A stretch of 64,000 nt of DNA from a virus. Shown piece by piece: positions 7,846-17,606 of this stretch (position 1 is the stretch's first letter; each line of letters starts with the position of its first letter). Both the position numbers and the translations under genes were made by a program. The DNA lies in the IMG/VR virus record IMGVR_UViG_3300028008_001363, positions 35,857 to 99,856 of that record; one strand, given 5' to 3'. The notes beneath the pieces were generated by a model. It had not been told where the DNA came from. It saw only the letters and a list, made by a program, of their open reading frames with translations, and searched no databases.

Positions 7846-10649
7846 GTTATGTAGATGCTTTCTACAACAAAGACAAAGACATTGTTCAAGTTGTAGAACG
7901 AATTAAAGGTAAACGTGTTTACAGTGATTATCCAGCGTGGCGTACTTTCTATGTGAAAGACCCACGTGGTGACCACACAAGTATTCACGGTGATAAAGTT
8001 CGTCAAATCAAATGTAAACGTCTCAAAGACCTCCATAAAGAACGAAAGATAAACGTAGGCAAAACATTTTACGAAAGTGATATGAAGCCTGAAGTTAAGT
8101 GTTTGAGTGAGAACTACAACGGCGTAGAATCACCAAAACTTAATACTGCTTTCTTCGATATTGAGACTGACTTTGATGCGACTAAAGGCTTCGCTGACCC
8201 TAGTGACCCGTTTATGGCAATCACAGCCATTACGGTTCATTTACAATGGCTTGACTTACTTGTCACACTCGTAATCCCACCAAAGGGTATGCGTGAGGGC
8301 GAAGGCTTAGAAGAGGCACAACGCATTTGTTCACAATTCGAAAACACAGAACTATACCTAAGTGAAGCAGATATGCTCAATGACTTCTTAGATGTGATTG
8401 AAGATGCTGATGTGTTGACTGGTTGGAACTCTGAAGGTTATGATATTCCATATACTGTTAATCGAATTACTAGAGTACTGAGTAAGTCACATACACGCAA
8501 GATGTGTTTGTGGGATTTAGTACCTCAGAAACGTAAGATTGTAAAATATGGTAAAGAACAAGAAACATTTGACTTGTTTGGTAGAATTCACCTCGACTAC
8601 TTAGAACTCTATCGTAAGTATACTTACCACGAAATGCATTCATATGCACTTGATACGATTGGTGAACATGAAGTAGGTGAACAAAAAGTTGCATATGATG
8701 GCACACTCGACCAGTTATATAACAATGACTTCTACAAATTCGTAGCCTATAACAGACAAGACGTTGCACTACTTGATAAGATTGATAAGAAACTAAGATT
8801 TATCGAATTAGCAAATGAGATTGCACACGATAATACAGTGAATATCAAAACAACAATGGGTGCTGTTGCTGTTACTGAACAAGCAATCATTAACGAAGCA
8901 CACAGACGAGGCATGGTTGTTCCTGACAGAAAAAGACGTGAATGGTCAGATGATGATGTTGATTTGAGTGATGAAGAATTACATGACTTAGAAATGCAAA
9001 AGGCCGCAGGTGCTTTCGTGGCAGTTCCTAAGAAAGGTTTACAGAAGTGGGTTGCAGGTATTGATATCAACTCTCTTTATCCATCAGTTATTCGTGCAAT
9101 GAATATGTCGCCAGAAACTATCGCTGGACAACTAAGACCAGATTTGACTGAAAAGATGATTGGTGACCGAATTAAAGAAGGCAGAAAAACTGGTGCTAAA
9201 ACATATGGGTCTTCTCAAGCATGGGATGAAACGTTTAGTTCAGAAGAGTTTCGTGTTCTAAATGAGAAAGACAAAGCAAGTAGAGTTACGTTAGTACTAG
9301 AAGATAGTCCATACGAAGACATGAAAACAACTCAAACAGTATCTGGTGCAGAAGCATATGACTTGATATTCAATAGCGGATTGAACTGGACTGTGACTGC
9401 AAATGGCACTATATTCAAACAAGATGTACAAGGTATTGTCCCTAGTTTGTTAGAACGTTGGTATGCAGAACGACAAGTGATGCAACAAAGCAAAAAGAAG
9501 GCTATTGCAGATGGTGATAAAGAACAAATCGCTTACTGGGATAAACGACAGTTAGTTAAAAAGATTAACTTGAACTCTCTGTATGGTGCGTTGTTGAACC
9601 AAGGTTGTCGTTTCTATGATAAGCGTATTGGTCAGAGTACAACACTTACGGGTCGTTGTATTACTCGACATATGGGTGCGAAAACAAATGAAGTTATCGC
9701 AGGTCATTACGACTATAAAGGTCCAGCAGTTATATATGGTGATACAGACTCCATTTACTATTCAATGTATCCCGTGTACCAGCAAGAGATTGATGATGGT
9801 TCTATAGAGTGGACTAAAGACAAGGTCTTAGAGTTATATGACGAAGTAGCAAATCAAGTGAATGCTAGTTTTCCAGACTTTATGAAAACGTTCTTTAATG
9901 TTCCTAGAAAAGAAGGCGAGATTATCGTTGCTGGTCGTGAGAACTGTGCCACACAAGGTATCTTTATTAAGAAGAAACGATATGCAATGCTTATCTATGA
10001 TGATGATGGCGAACGCCGTGATATAGATGGCAAACCAGGAAAGATTAAAGCGATGGGTCTTGACCTTAAACGTTCTGATACTCCTGGTTATATGCAAGAT
10101 TTTCTCAGTGAAGTTCTACTGAAAGTATTGACTGAAGGAACACGTGAAGAAGTCATTAAAATGGTCAAAGAGTTTAAGAAAGAGTTTAGAGCAAAGCCAG
10201 GTTGGGAAAAAGGTTCTCAATCTCGTGTGAACAATTTGACTTCATATAAGAACCGTGTGAATGCCGCTAAGAAGGCAATGGCTAAAGATATGAATGCGGG
10301 CGGTGATGCATCTAAGAAAGACAAAGTACATCTTCCTGGTCACGTGTCAGCCGCATTGAACTGGAATATGTTACGTGAACTTAACCAAGACAAGTATGCA
10401 GTAGAGATTGTAGATGGTATGAAGTGTATCATTTGTAAACTAAAACCAAATACGTTCAAGTTAAAGAGTGTGGCATATCCAATTGATGCTACAAAGATAC
10501 CACAATGGTTTCAGGATTTGCCATTCGACCACGAGTTAATGGAACAAACGATTGTTGATAAGAAGTTAGACAACTTGATTGGTGTTTTGAATTGGGATAT
10601 GAGTGATGCAAATGCATCCGAAACTTTTGACAACTTGTTTGATTTATAA
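7842..10649 (+). CDS. Family B DNA polymerase (T4 gp43-like) with 3'-5' exonuclease
   Basis: Exo motifs FDIET, GWNSEGYDIPY, YNRQD; pol motifs DINSLYPS, KINLNSLYG, YGDTDS; C-terminal TFDNLFDL clamp-binding-like tail; TTG start. Confidence 0.97.
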   Translation: MSYVDAFYNKDKDIVQVVERIKGKRVYSDYPAWRTFYVKDPRGDHTSIHGDKVRQIKCKRLKDLHKERKINVGKTFYESDMKPEVKCLSENYNGVESPKLNTAFFDIETDFDATKGFADPSDPFMAITAITVHLQWLDLLVTLVIPPKGMREGEGLEEAQRICSQFENTELYLSEADMLNDFLDVIEDADVLTGWNSEGYDIPYTVNRITRVLSKSHTRKMCLWDLVPQKRKIVKYGKEQETFDLFGRIHLDYLELYRKYTYHEMHSYALDTIGEHEVGEQKVAYDGTLDQLYNNDFYKFVAYNRQDVALLDKIDKKLRFIELANEIAHDNTVNIKTTMGAVAVTEQAIINEAHRRGMVVPDRKRREWSDDDVDLSDEELHDLEMQKAAGAFVAVPKKGLQKWVAGIDINSLYPSVIRAMNMSPETIAGQLRPDLTEKMIGDRIKEGRKTGAKTYGSSQAWDETFSSEEFRVLNEKDKASRVTLVLEDSPYEDMKTTQTVSGAEAYDLIFNSGLNWTVTANGTIFKQDVQGIVPSLLERWYAERQVMQQSKKKAIADGDKEQIAYWDKRQLVKKINLNSLYGALLNQGCRFYDKRIGQSTTLTGRCITRHMGAKTNEVIAGHYDYKGPAVIYGDTDSIYYSMYPVYQQEIDDGSIEWTKDKVLELYDEVANQVNASFPDFMKTFFNVPRKEGEIIVAGRENCATQGIFIKKKRYAMLIYDDDGERRDIDGKPGKIKAMGLDLKRSDTPGYMQDFLSEVLLKVLTEGTREEVIKMVKEFKKEFRAKPGWEKGSQSRVNNLTSYKNRVNAAKKAMAKDMNAGGDASKKDKVHLPGHVSAALNWNMLRELNQDKYAVEIVDGMKCIICKLKPNTFKLKSVAYPIDATKIPQWFQDLPFDHELMEQTIVDKKLDNLIGVLNWDMSDANASETFDNLFDL

Positions 10650-11191
10650 TGAGCAATACTTACACAGACTTGATTCAGAGACGGGCGAGAAACAAAGAGT
10701 CAGATGAATGTTATACACCATCTGACCAAGTTCAACCACTTCTGAAATACATCGATAAAGATAAAACTTATTATGAAGCGACTAGTGGAACATCTAATCT
10801 AATCGTAGATGGCTTTAACAACAATGGATATAAGATAGTACCAAGTGAGGGTAAAGACTTTTTCGATTGTGAGCCAGATGATGTGTATGATGGAATTATA
10901 ACTAATCCACCATATAGTATCAAAGATAAGTTTATAGAACACTGCTATGCCCTAGGTAAACCATTCGCATTGTTATTGCCTGTAACGAGTTTTCAAGGTG
11001 GGAAACGAGGTAGAATGTTTATAGAGCATGGTATGTCTACACTTGTATATAATAATCGTGTAGACTTTACAGGAAAGGGTAATCCAACATTTGGTAATGC
11101 TTGGTTTATGCATGGGTTTTTACCCCCTAATACGATTTATTGGGTAGATAACCCTAAACAAAGTAAGAAAACCAAGTCAATTATAGGTTGA
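10649..11191 (+). CDS. Small N6-adenine DNA methyltransferase-like protein
   Basis: SDECYTP and IITNPPYS (motif IV NPPY). Confidence 0.75.
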   Translation: MSNTYTDLIQRRARNKESDECYTPSDQVQPLLKYIDKDKTYYEATSGTSNLIVDGFNNNGYKIVPSEGKDFFDCEPDDVYDGIITNPPYSIKDKFIEHCYALGKPFALLLPVTSFQGGKRGRMFIEHGMSTLVYNNRVDFTGKGNPTFGNAWFMHGFLPPNTIYWVDNPKQSKKTKSIIG

Positions 11192-11217
11192 CAAACGGTA
11201 ATGGAATATGTTATAAT
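11188..11217 (+). promoter_or_regulatory. sigma70-type promoter for the clamp gene
   Basis: TTGACA (11188-11193), 18 nt, TATAAT (11212-11217) with TGn; the TGA is also the MTase stop codon. Confidence 0.7.
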
Positions 11218-11244
11218 TAATGAAATCAATCAGGAGAACTAAAC

Positions 11245-12000
11245 ATGCGTGATATTTTAAAAGATATTGTAAAACATACACACTCACTTGGAATTATCCA
11301 AGCGGCTAAAGTGACAACAGATGCTGAAGGAACTACAATCGATGCAATGGACGATGACCGTACTGTTGTTTTGCGTGGTAAACTACATTCACCTGTTGCT
11401 GAATTCGAAGGTAAGTTTGGTCTAGGTAGACTAGGCGTACTTAACGGACTACTTAGTTATAGCAGTGAAGACAAAGAAGGCAACATGGTACAATCTGAAG
11501 TCAAGGTTGGTACAGAAACACGTAATGGTGAAGATGTAACTACTGAACTAAACTTCTCAATGCCAGGTGGCTTCGATAGTTCGTATCGTGTAATCGTATC
11601 AGAACTAGTAGACGCACAAATCAAAACTGCAAGTTTTCGTGGTGCGGCATGGAATGTAGAGATTATGCCTACACAAAAAGCAATCAAAGACCTACAATAC
11701 TTTGCAGGTATTCTTGGTGCTTTTGACCCGTTACTTACTGCAAGAACAGTTAACGGCAACTTAGTATTCTTTATTGGTGATAGTTCAACAGATAAAGTAG
11801 AACTTCCATTTGCAAGTAACGTAGAGGGTGAACTAAAGACAGGTTGGTCATTCCCATTGTCAACAGTTCTAACTATTCTTAAACTAAGTGACACAAGCAC
11901 AATGAACATGAAGATTTCAGACCAAGGTGCTATGATGATTGCAGTTGATAGTGGGTTGGGTATGTATGAATATATTTTACCAGCAAAAGCAGGTAACTAA
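11245..12000 (+). CDS. DNA polymerase sliding clamp (T4 gp45-like)
   Basis: 251 aa with two-domain alpha/beta pattern, C-terminal YEYILPA, next to the PolB gene. Confidence 0.65.
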   Translation: MRDILKDIVKHTHSLGIIQAAKVTTDAEGTTIDAMDDDRTVVLRGKLHSPVAEFEGKFGLGRLGVLNGLLSYSSEDKEGNMVQSEVKVGTETRNGEDVTTELNFSMPGGFDSSYRVIVSELVDAQIKTASFRGAAWNVEIMPTQKAIKDLQYFAGILGAFDPLLTARTVNGNLVFFIGDSSTDKVELPFASNVEGELKTGWSFPLSTVLTILKLSDTSTMNMKISDQGAMMIAVDSGLGMYEYILPAKAGN

Positions 12001-12002
12001 AT

Positions 12003-12010
12003 TATAAATA
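12003..12010 (+). promoter_or_regulatory. T4 late promoter consensus TATAAATA
   Basis: Exact T4 late consensus upstream of the DUF465-apt-metK unit. Confidence 0.65.
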
Positions 12011-12040
12011 CATCAGAGAGGTCTAATATAGGAGAAGCAA

Positions 12041-12250
12041 ATGACTACACCCGTAAGACCAGACGTTGACGAAAAGAAACGTACACGCCTCATATATTTA
12101 AAGAAACAACACAGAGACCTAGACAACGGTATAACTACTGCATACAATATGCGTACTGAAGACCTAGTAGTTTCTAAACTTAAGTTGAAGAAGTTGCATC
12201 TAAAAGAAGAAATTCTACGGCTAGAAGAAGAGTTAGCAGGAAACTTGTGA
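12041..12250 (+). CDS. DUF465 / YdcH-like coiled-coil protein
   Basis: LKKQHRDLD...LKLKKLHLKEEI matches the HxxLD / LKKxKLxLKDxI pattern. Confidence 0.7.
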   Translation: MTTPVRPDVDEKKRTRLIYLKKQHRDLDNGITTAYNMRTEDLVVSKLKLKKLHLKEEILRLEEELAGNL

Positions 12251-12798
12251 CTATTATAAAACCTACACCAAAAACTATTCAAAATTTGATTAGAGTAATA
12301 CCAGACCATCCTAGGCCTGGTGTTCTCTATCAGGATATGGCTAGTATATTTAATGCACCTCAAGGTCTTCAACATGTAATGACTTTGTTTTCAGACTATA
12401 TTGAAGAAAACAATATTCAATTTAACAAAATCATTGGGCTAGATGCTCGTGGTTTTCCTATGGCAGGTGCATTAAGTTCACAAACTGGTATACCATTTTC
12501 TATGGCTAGAAAGAAAGGTAAACTACCAGGTGAAACTATCTTTACACAATATGAACTAGAATATGGAACTGATGAATTACATCTACAGAAAGGTGCAATA
12601 CAAAGAGGTGACAAAGTTCTGGTCATAGATGATGTTATTGCAACTGGTGGGACACTAGGTGCTGTGATTACATTAACTGATAGATTTGGTGCTGATATTA
12701 GTAGTATACTAAGTATAATGGAACTAGAGTTTTTAGGTGGTGGTGCTAAGTTACGAGACGAAGGCTACGATGTATACTCTATACTCCAAGAACAATAA
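12247..12798 (+). CDS. apt: Adenine phosphoribosyltransferase
   Basis: LDARGF, RKKGKLPG, LEYGTD, PRPP loop VIDDVIATGGT; GTG start. Confidence 0.95.
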   Translation: MTIIKPTPKTIQNLIRVIPDHPRPGVLYQDMASIFNAPQGLQHVMTLFSDYIEENNIQFNKIIGLDARGFPMAGALSSQTGIPFSMARKKGKLPGETIFTQYELEYGTDELHLQKGAIQRGDKVLVIDDVIATGGTLGAVITLTDRFGADISSILSIMELEFLGGGAKLRDEGYDVYSILQEQ

Positions 12799-12813
12799 CA
12801 TAAAAGGGTTTAA

Positions 12814-13896
12814 ATGAACAACTATATTTTTACAAGCGAAAGTGTAAGCGATGGACATCCAGATAAAGTTTCTGACCAGATTAGTGATGCATTAGTTGAT
12901 GCAGGACTAAAGAATGGCGATGAAACTACTCGTGTTGCTATCGAAACACTTGTAACCACTAACCACGTAACGGTAGCGGGTGAAGTAAAGAACTTTAACG
13001 TAGATAATGTAAAAGATATTATACGAGATAAAGTTAAAGAAATTGGCTATGAACAAGAAGGATTTCATTGGGATAATTTAAATATCTATAATGAAATACA
13101 TTCACAATCAGGTGATATTGGATTAGGTACTGATGACTTTGGTGCAGGTGACCAAGGCATTATGTTTGGCTATGCAACTAATGAAAACGATGCAATGCTA
13201 CCAGCACCAATTTACTATTCACATGAAATTCTAAAGAAACTAAAAGAACTTAGATTAGATGGATATGATTTCTTACTTCCAGATGCTAAGTCTCAAGTAA
13301 GTATTCAGTATGTTGGTGGTCGTGTTCAACGAGCAGACCAAATTGTAGTAAGTACACAACATAAACAGGGCTTTATGCATAGTCTTAAAGCACCAGTGAA
13401 AGAAGCAGTCAATAGTGTAATGGGAGATTTAATAGATGACAATACTAAATGGCATATCAATCCTACAGGCAATTTTGTCATTGGTGGTCCTGATGGTGAT
13501 ACAGGACTCACCGGGCGTAAGATTATCGTTGATACTTATGGTGGCTATGCTCCCCATGGTGGTGGTGCTTTTAGTGGAAAAGACCCCACAAAAGTCGACC
13601 GAAGTGCCGCCTATATGGCACGGTGGTTAGCAAAGAATGTTGTAGCAGACAATATGGCAGATTGGTGTCAAATTCAATTGTCATATGCTATTGGTGTAAA
13701 AGAACCAACAAGTATCTATATAGATAGTAATGGACACAACAGAACTATTCAAAAGTTTATCGAAGAAAACATTGACCTAACACCAAAGGGTATCATTGAT
13801 AGATTTGATTTATTCAAGTTTTATGGTTATAGTGAAAACTGTATCTACGGACACTTTGGCAACAAAGATGTACCATGGGAAAAGATTGGATGGTAA
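12814..13896 (+). CDS. metK: S-adenosylmethionine synthetase
   Basis: FTSESVSDGHPDK, GAGDQG, GGGAFSGKDPTKVDRS signatures. Confidence 0.98.
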   Translation: MNNYIFTSESVSDGHPDKVSDQISDALVDAGLKNGDETTRVAIETLVTTNHVTVAGEVKNFNVDNVKDIIRDKVKEIGYEQEGFHWDNLNIYNEIHSQSGDIGLGTDDFGAGDQGIMFGYATNENDAMLPAPIYYSHEILKKLKELRLDGYDFLLPDAKSQVSIQYVGGRVQRADQIVVSTQHKQGFMHSLKAPVKEAVNSVMGDLIDDNTKWHINPTGNFVIGGPDGDTGLTGRKIIVDTYGGYAPHGGGAFSGKDPTKVDRSAAYMARWLAKNVVADNMADWCQIQLSYAIGVKEPTSIYIDSNGHNRTIQKFIEENIDLTPKGIIDRFDLFKFYGYSENCIYGHFGNKDVPWEKIGW

Positions 13897-13917
13897 CAAT
13901 TGAAAAGGAGAAATATT

Positions 13918-14385
13918 ATGGCAAAGACACTTAATCCAAATTCATGGTTTGGCACGCCAGAAGAAAAAGAACGAGCGATTGCTAGGCGCATCACCGATGA
14001 AAAAGAACAAGCAATTGCACTAGAAGAAATCAATTTCAAGTATGGTCATACAGACCAACATACTTACGACAAGAACATGGCTACACATAAAGGTGAACAG
14101 TATGTTCGAGTTATTGGTATGGAATTAGACAAAGATAAACCAGGACAAGGTTTCTTTGAGTTAGATTTCAACGACCAATTCGTAGAATATCTTGCACAGA
14201 ATGGCTATGAAGGTTTAGAACAAGAACAAATCGTTGATAATTGGTTCAATGATTTATGTAAGAACATTGTACTAAATGATTTAGAAGACGAAGAAGGCAT
14301 TAGAAGAAGCGTAATGTCTGATAGCAAAGATGGACTAATCATTAGTAAAGTCAAAACTGACAAGGATACTTCAGAATATTATTAA
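13918..14385 (+). CDS. Hypothetical phage protein
   Basis: ATG 13918 follows an AGGAG RBS (preferred to the track start 13900); no recognised motif. Confidence 0.6.
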   Translation: MAKTLNPNSWFGTPEEKERAIARRITDEKEQAIALEEINFKYGHTDQHTYDKNMATHKGEQYVRVIGMELDKDKPGQGFFELDFNDQFVEYLAQNGYEGLEQEQIVDNWFNDLCKNIVLNDLEDEEGIRRSVMSDSKDGLIISKVKTDKDTSEYY

Positions 14386-14387
14386 AC

Positions 14388-14416
14388 TTGACCATTTTAA
14401 CAAGTTGTGTTATAAT
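14388..14416 (+). promoter_or_regulatory. sigma70-type promoter
   Basis: TTGACC, 17 nt, TATAAT with TGn. Confidence 0.7.
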
Positions 14417-14448
14417 AGTAGTAACTTTAATACAGTAGTGAGGAATAC

Positions 14449-15447
14449 ATGAGTACCTATATCTTAGTTGATTCGTTTAATATGTATCACAGAGCCAAAC
14501 ACGTAGCAATGCGTGGTGCTAATATTGATATGAAAATCGGTATGGCATACCACATTATGCTTAGTAGTGTAAAACTATGTTATAACAAATTCAATGCAGA
14601 CCATGCCGTGTTCTGCCTAGAAGGTCGCAGTTGGCGTAAAGACTTCTATGAGCCATATAAGAAGAATAGAAAAGTTGCTCAAATGGCTAAGAGTGTTAGA
14701 GAGCAAGAAGAAGACCAAATCATGTTCGATGCCTATGCAGACATGGTAGAGTTTTTAGATACAAAAACTAATGTAACTATGTTACGAAATCCAGAAGCAG
14801 AAGCAGACGATATGATTGCTTTGTTTATTGAGGCGCATCCAAATGATAATCATATTATCGTATCAAGCGATAGTGATTACTTTCAACTTATCACTGACAA
14901 TGTAACTATGTATGATGGTGTACAAAATCGTATCATTACTAAAGATGGTTTCTTTAAAGATGATAAGAATATGACCCCTATCAAAGAGAAGAAGACTGGT
15001 GAGATTAAAGAGAAAGTAGACCCGAAGTGGGCATTGTTTGAGAAATGTGTCCGTGGCGATACATCAGATAATATCTTTTCAGCATATCCTGGCTGTCGTA
15101 AGAAAGGTACCAAGAACAAGATTGGTATGTTAGAAGCATTCGCAGATAAAGATGCTGGTGGTTTCAACTGGAATAACTTTATGTTACAACGCTGGACTGA
15201 CCATAATGGTGAAGAACATACTGTCCGTGAAGACTATGAACGCAATGTTAAACTAGTAGACTTAACGGCTCAACCACATGAACTTAAAGTAAAGTTTATT
15301 GAAACTATTGCAGAGAATAGTATTCCTAAGACTAATGCTGGTGTTGGTATGAACTTCTTAAAGTTCTGTGGCATACATGATTTACAAAATCTTGCTAAGT
15401 CACCTGACGAACTTGCTAAAATACTTAACAATCCGTATCCGTCTTAA
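14449..15447 (+). CDS. T4 RNase H-like 5'-3' exonuclease / flap nuclease
   Basis: ILVDSFN, SWRKDFYEPYKKNR, EADDMI, SSDSDYFQL, GDTSDNI. Confidence 0.9.
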   Translation: MSTYILVDSFNMYHRAKHVAMRGANIDMKIGMAYHIMLSSVKLCYNKFNADHAVFCLEGRSWRKDFYEPYKKNRKVAQMAKSVREQEEDQIMFDAYADMVEFLDTKTNVTMLRNPEAEADDMIALFIEAHPNDNHIIVSSDSDYFQLITDNVTMYDGVQNRIITKDGFFKDDKNMTPIKEKKTGEIKEKVDPKWALFEKCVRGDTSDNIFSAYPGCRKKGTKNKIGMLEAFADKDAGGFNWNNFMLQRWTDHNGEEHTVREDYERNVKLVDLTAQPHELKVKFIETIAENSIPKTNAGVGMNFLKFCGIHDLQNLAKSPDELAKILNNPYPS

Positions 15448-16166
15448 TGCATTTTATATTTGACGTAGATGGTACTCTAACACCAAGTAGAGATAGAATA
15501 GATGAAGACTTTAGACTATGGTTCTTAGAGTTCATCAAGTGGAATAATGTTTACTTAGTTACAGGAAGTGATAGAAGTAAAACAGAAGAACAAGTTGGTG
15601 AAGAAGTATTTGAAAAGGTAGAATGTGTATACAATTCTTCTGGCAATACCAAATATAAAAATGGTATATGCGTAATGAATTCAAAAAACTTAGAACTGCC
15701 ACGTGATGCGTATGCTTTCTTATTAAAGAAATCTATTAGTAGTGATTTTGATATCGCCACAGGCAATCATTTTGAAGCAAGACCAGGACTATTAAACTTT
15801 AGTGTTGTTGGTAGAAATGCTAACAGAGTACAACGAAAGAAGTATGTTAAGTTTGATACTACAACTAATGAAAGACAAAAGATTTCTGATGAATTTAACA
15901 AAAAGTTTACTGGTAAGTTTGGTCTAATATCACAGGTTGCAGGTGAAACAGGATTAGATATTATTGAGATGGGTAAAGACAAAGCACAAATATTAAAGGA
16001 TTTTACATTCCAAGATAAGTTGATATTCTTTGGTGACAACATACAATGGGGCGGCAACGATTATGGCATTGCACAAGCAATTGAATATGGTCCATATGCG
16101 TACAGTGAATGTCACAATGTAAAGAATTGGAAAGAAACTTGGAAGATACTAAAAAGATTTAAATGA
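15447..16166 (+). CDS. HAD-IIB phosphatase/mutase, eukaryote-type phosphomannomutase-like
   Basis: FDVDGTLTPSR, VTGSD, NFSVVGRNA, FFGD...GGND. Confidence 0.8.
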   Translation: MHFIFDVDGTLTPSRDRIDEDFRLWFLEFIKWNNVYLVTGSDRSKTEEQVGEEVFEKVECVYNSSGNTKYKNGICVMNSKNLELPRDAYAFLLKKSISSDFDIATGNHFEARPGLLNFSVVGRNANRVQRKKYVKFDTTTNERQKISDEFNKKFTGKFGLISQVAGETGLDIIEMGKDKAQILKDFTFQDKLIFFGDNIQWGGNDYGIAQAIEYGPYAYSECHNVKNWKETWKILKRFK

Positions 16167-16696
16167 TATATACGAAAGAAATAGTTAAAGATAAGTTTTG
16201 GATTGTAGAGAATTCAGGAGTTAAAATAGGAACAATACGTTTCTGTTCGTCTGATGATTTTGAATTGAATTTGAGAGACGATGAACTATCAACTAACGAG
16301 CATATATCATTGTCTGAACTTACCTCACGTTTTGGTGAAAAGATACTAGAAGCAAAAGAAACTACTGTAAAGATTGTTGATGAAAACAAAGTAGGACCTC
16401 GTGGTGGATGGAATACTTCACCAGCAGATATCGATGGCTATCCTTCTAAACATGTAGTATATAATACTGAAACAATTGAACTAAAAGACAAACAAATACC
16501 AACTTATACCAAAAGTGCGACAAGCAAAGTAAGATATGCCGCTGGATACTATGGAGTAAGATTTCCAAGTGACTGGCGATGGTTTTATGGCGGTAAACTA
16601 GAAACACTAAATACATGTGATTTCATAGGACCTTTTAAAACGAAATCAGAAATGCAAACTGAAACATTATTGGCGAACAAACGAGATGGATTATAA
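16163..16696 (+). CDS. Hypothetical phage protein
   Basis: Long ORF coupled by ATGA overlap; no recognised motif. Confidence 0.6.
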   Translation: MIYTKEIVKDKFWIVENSGVKIGTIRFCSSDDFELNLRDDELSTNEHISLSELTSRFGEKILEAKETTVKIVDENKVGPRGGWNTSPADIDGYPSKHVVYNTETIELKDKQIPTYTKSATSKVRYAAGYYGVRFPSDWRWFYGGKLETLNTCDFIGPFKTKSEMQTETLLANKRDGL

Positions 16697-16877
16697 AAGT
16701 TTAAAAGATTTTCTAGCAACAATCAAACGTATAAATCTAAGAGGCGATAACAAGATAGTATTGCCAATGAAAGATGCAATAGATATTCAAAATGATATTG
16801 CTTTACTATTACTAGAACTAAAAGATAAAGACTCAGGAACAACTAAAGTTTTTGATGGTGGAACCTTTGATAAATGA
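16686..16877 (+). CDS. Small hypothetical protein
   Basis: 63 aa, overlaps both neighbours in an operon-like way. Confidence 0.55.
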   Translation: MDYKSLKDFLATIKRINLRGDNKIVLPMKDAIDIQNDIALLLLELKDKDSGTTKVFDGGTFDK

Positions 16878-17602
16878 TTGGTATATTTGGTGATAGTTTT
16901 AGTGATGAAATTGATACTAGTATAGGTGGATATCTAGGAGGCTGGCCATCTGCTTTAGGTAAGTTGTATGATGAAGAAATAGAGAATTTTAGTGAATCAT
17001 CTACATCTATTTCATATAGTTATCAAAAATTCTGTGAGCAAGATTTAAGTAAATATTCAAAGGTTGTCTTTGTTGTTACCTATCCAACTAGACAACTTCT
17101 TATTAATAACGCAGAACACAAATCAATACAGTTTCAAGGTGATGTAACTCGGTCGATTCAACATAACAAAGACTTTAATATAGACTTAACCTTATCAGAC
17201 AAACGTGTATTAGAATACCAAGAAAACATAACTGCATTTTATCCTGACACATGGAACTTCGTTAAAAGAGCAGTAAAAGGTGATGTTTTACACTCGCATA
17301 AGAATGCTCTAGTATTGGACGTAGAATTACTAGGTACTATAACTACTTTAGGATTAAATACTCCTATGGCTCCTTGGTTTACAACACCAAAAGGTGAAGA
17401 ATGGCATACTAAATATATAGAGACTGCCGAACTAGGAAGAGTGTGTCATTTTAGTACGCAACAAAATATAGAGTTAGCAGTTCTTATTAAAGATTACTTT
17501 GATAATGGGATTGATATACATAATGAGATTAAATGGCACACAGATAAATATTTTACTATACCAGAATCAATGGAAGATGCTGGTCTTAAATTGAGAAGGT
17601 AG
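16874..17602 (+). CDS. SGNH/GDSL-like hydrolase (paralog 1)
   Basis: N-terminal IFGDSF (block I), late CHF His; paralogous to the next gene. Confidence 0.6.
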   Translation: MIGIFGDSFSDEIDTSIGGYLGGWPSALGKLYDEEIENFSESSTSISYSYQKFCEQDLSKYSKVVFVVTYPTRQLLINNAEHKSIQFQGDVTRSIQHNKDFNIDLTLSDKRVLEYQENITAFYPDTWNFVKRAVKGDVLHSHKNALVLDVELLGTITTLGLNTPMAPWFTTPKGEEWHTKYIETAELGRVCHFSTQQNIELAVLIKDYFDNGIDIHNEIKWHTDKYFTIPESMEDAGLKLRR

Positions 17603-17606
17603 TCAA

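Noticed and set aside
7842-10649. Intein or intron in the DNA polymerase
   Set aside because: The ORF is continuous; the extra sequence between motifs A and B has no C/S...HN splice ends or LAGLIDADG/HNH motifs.
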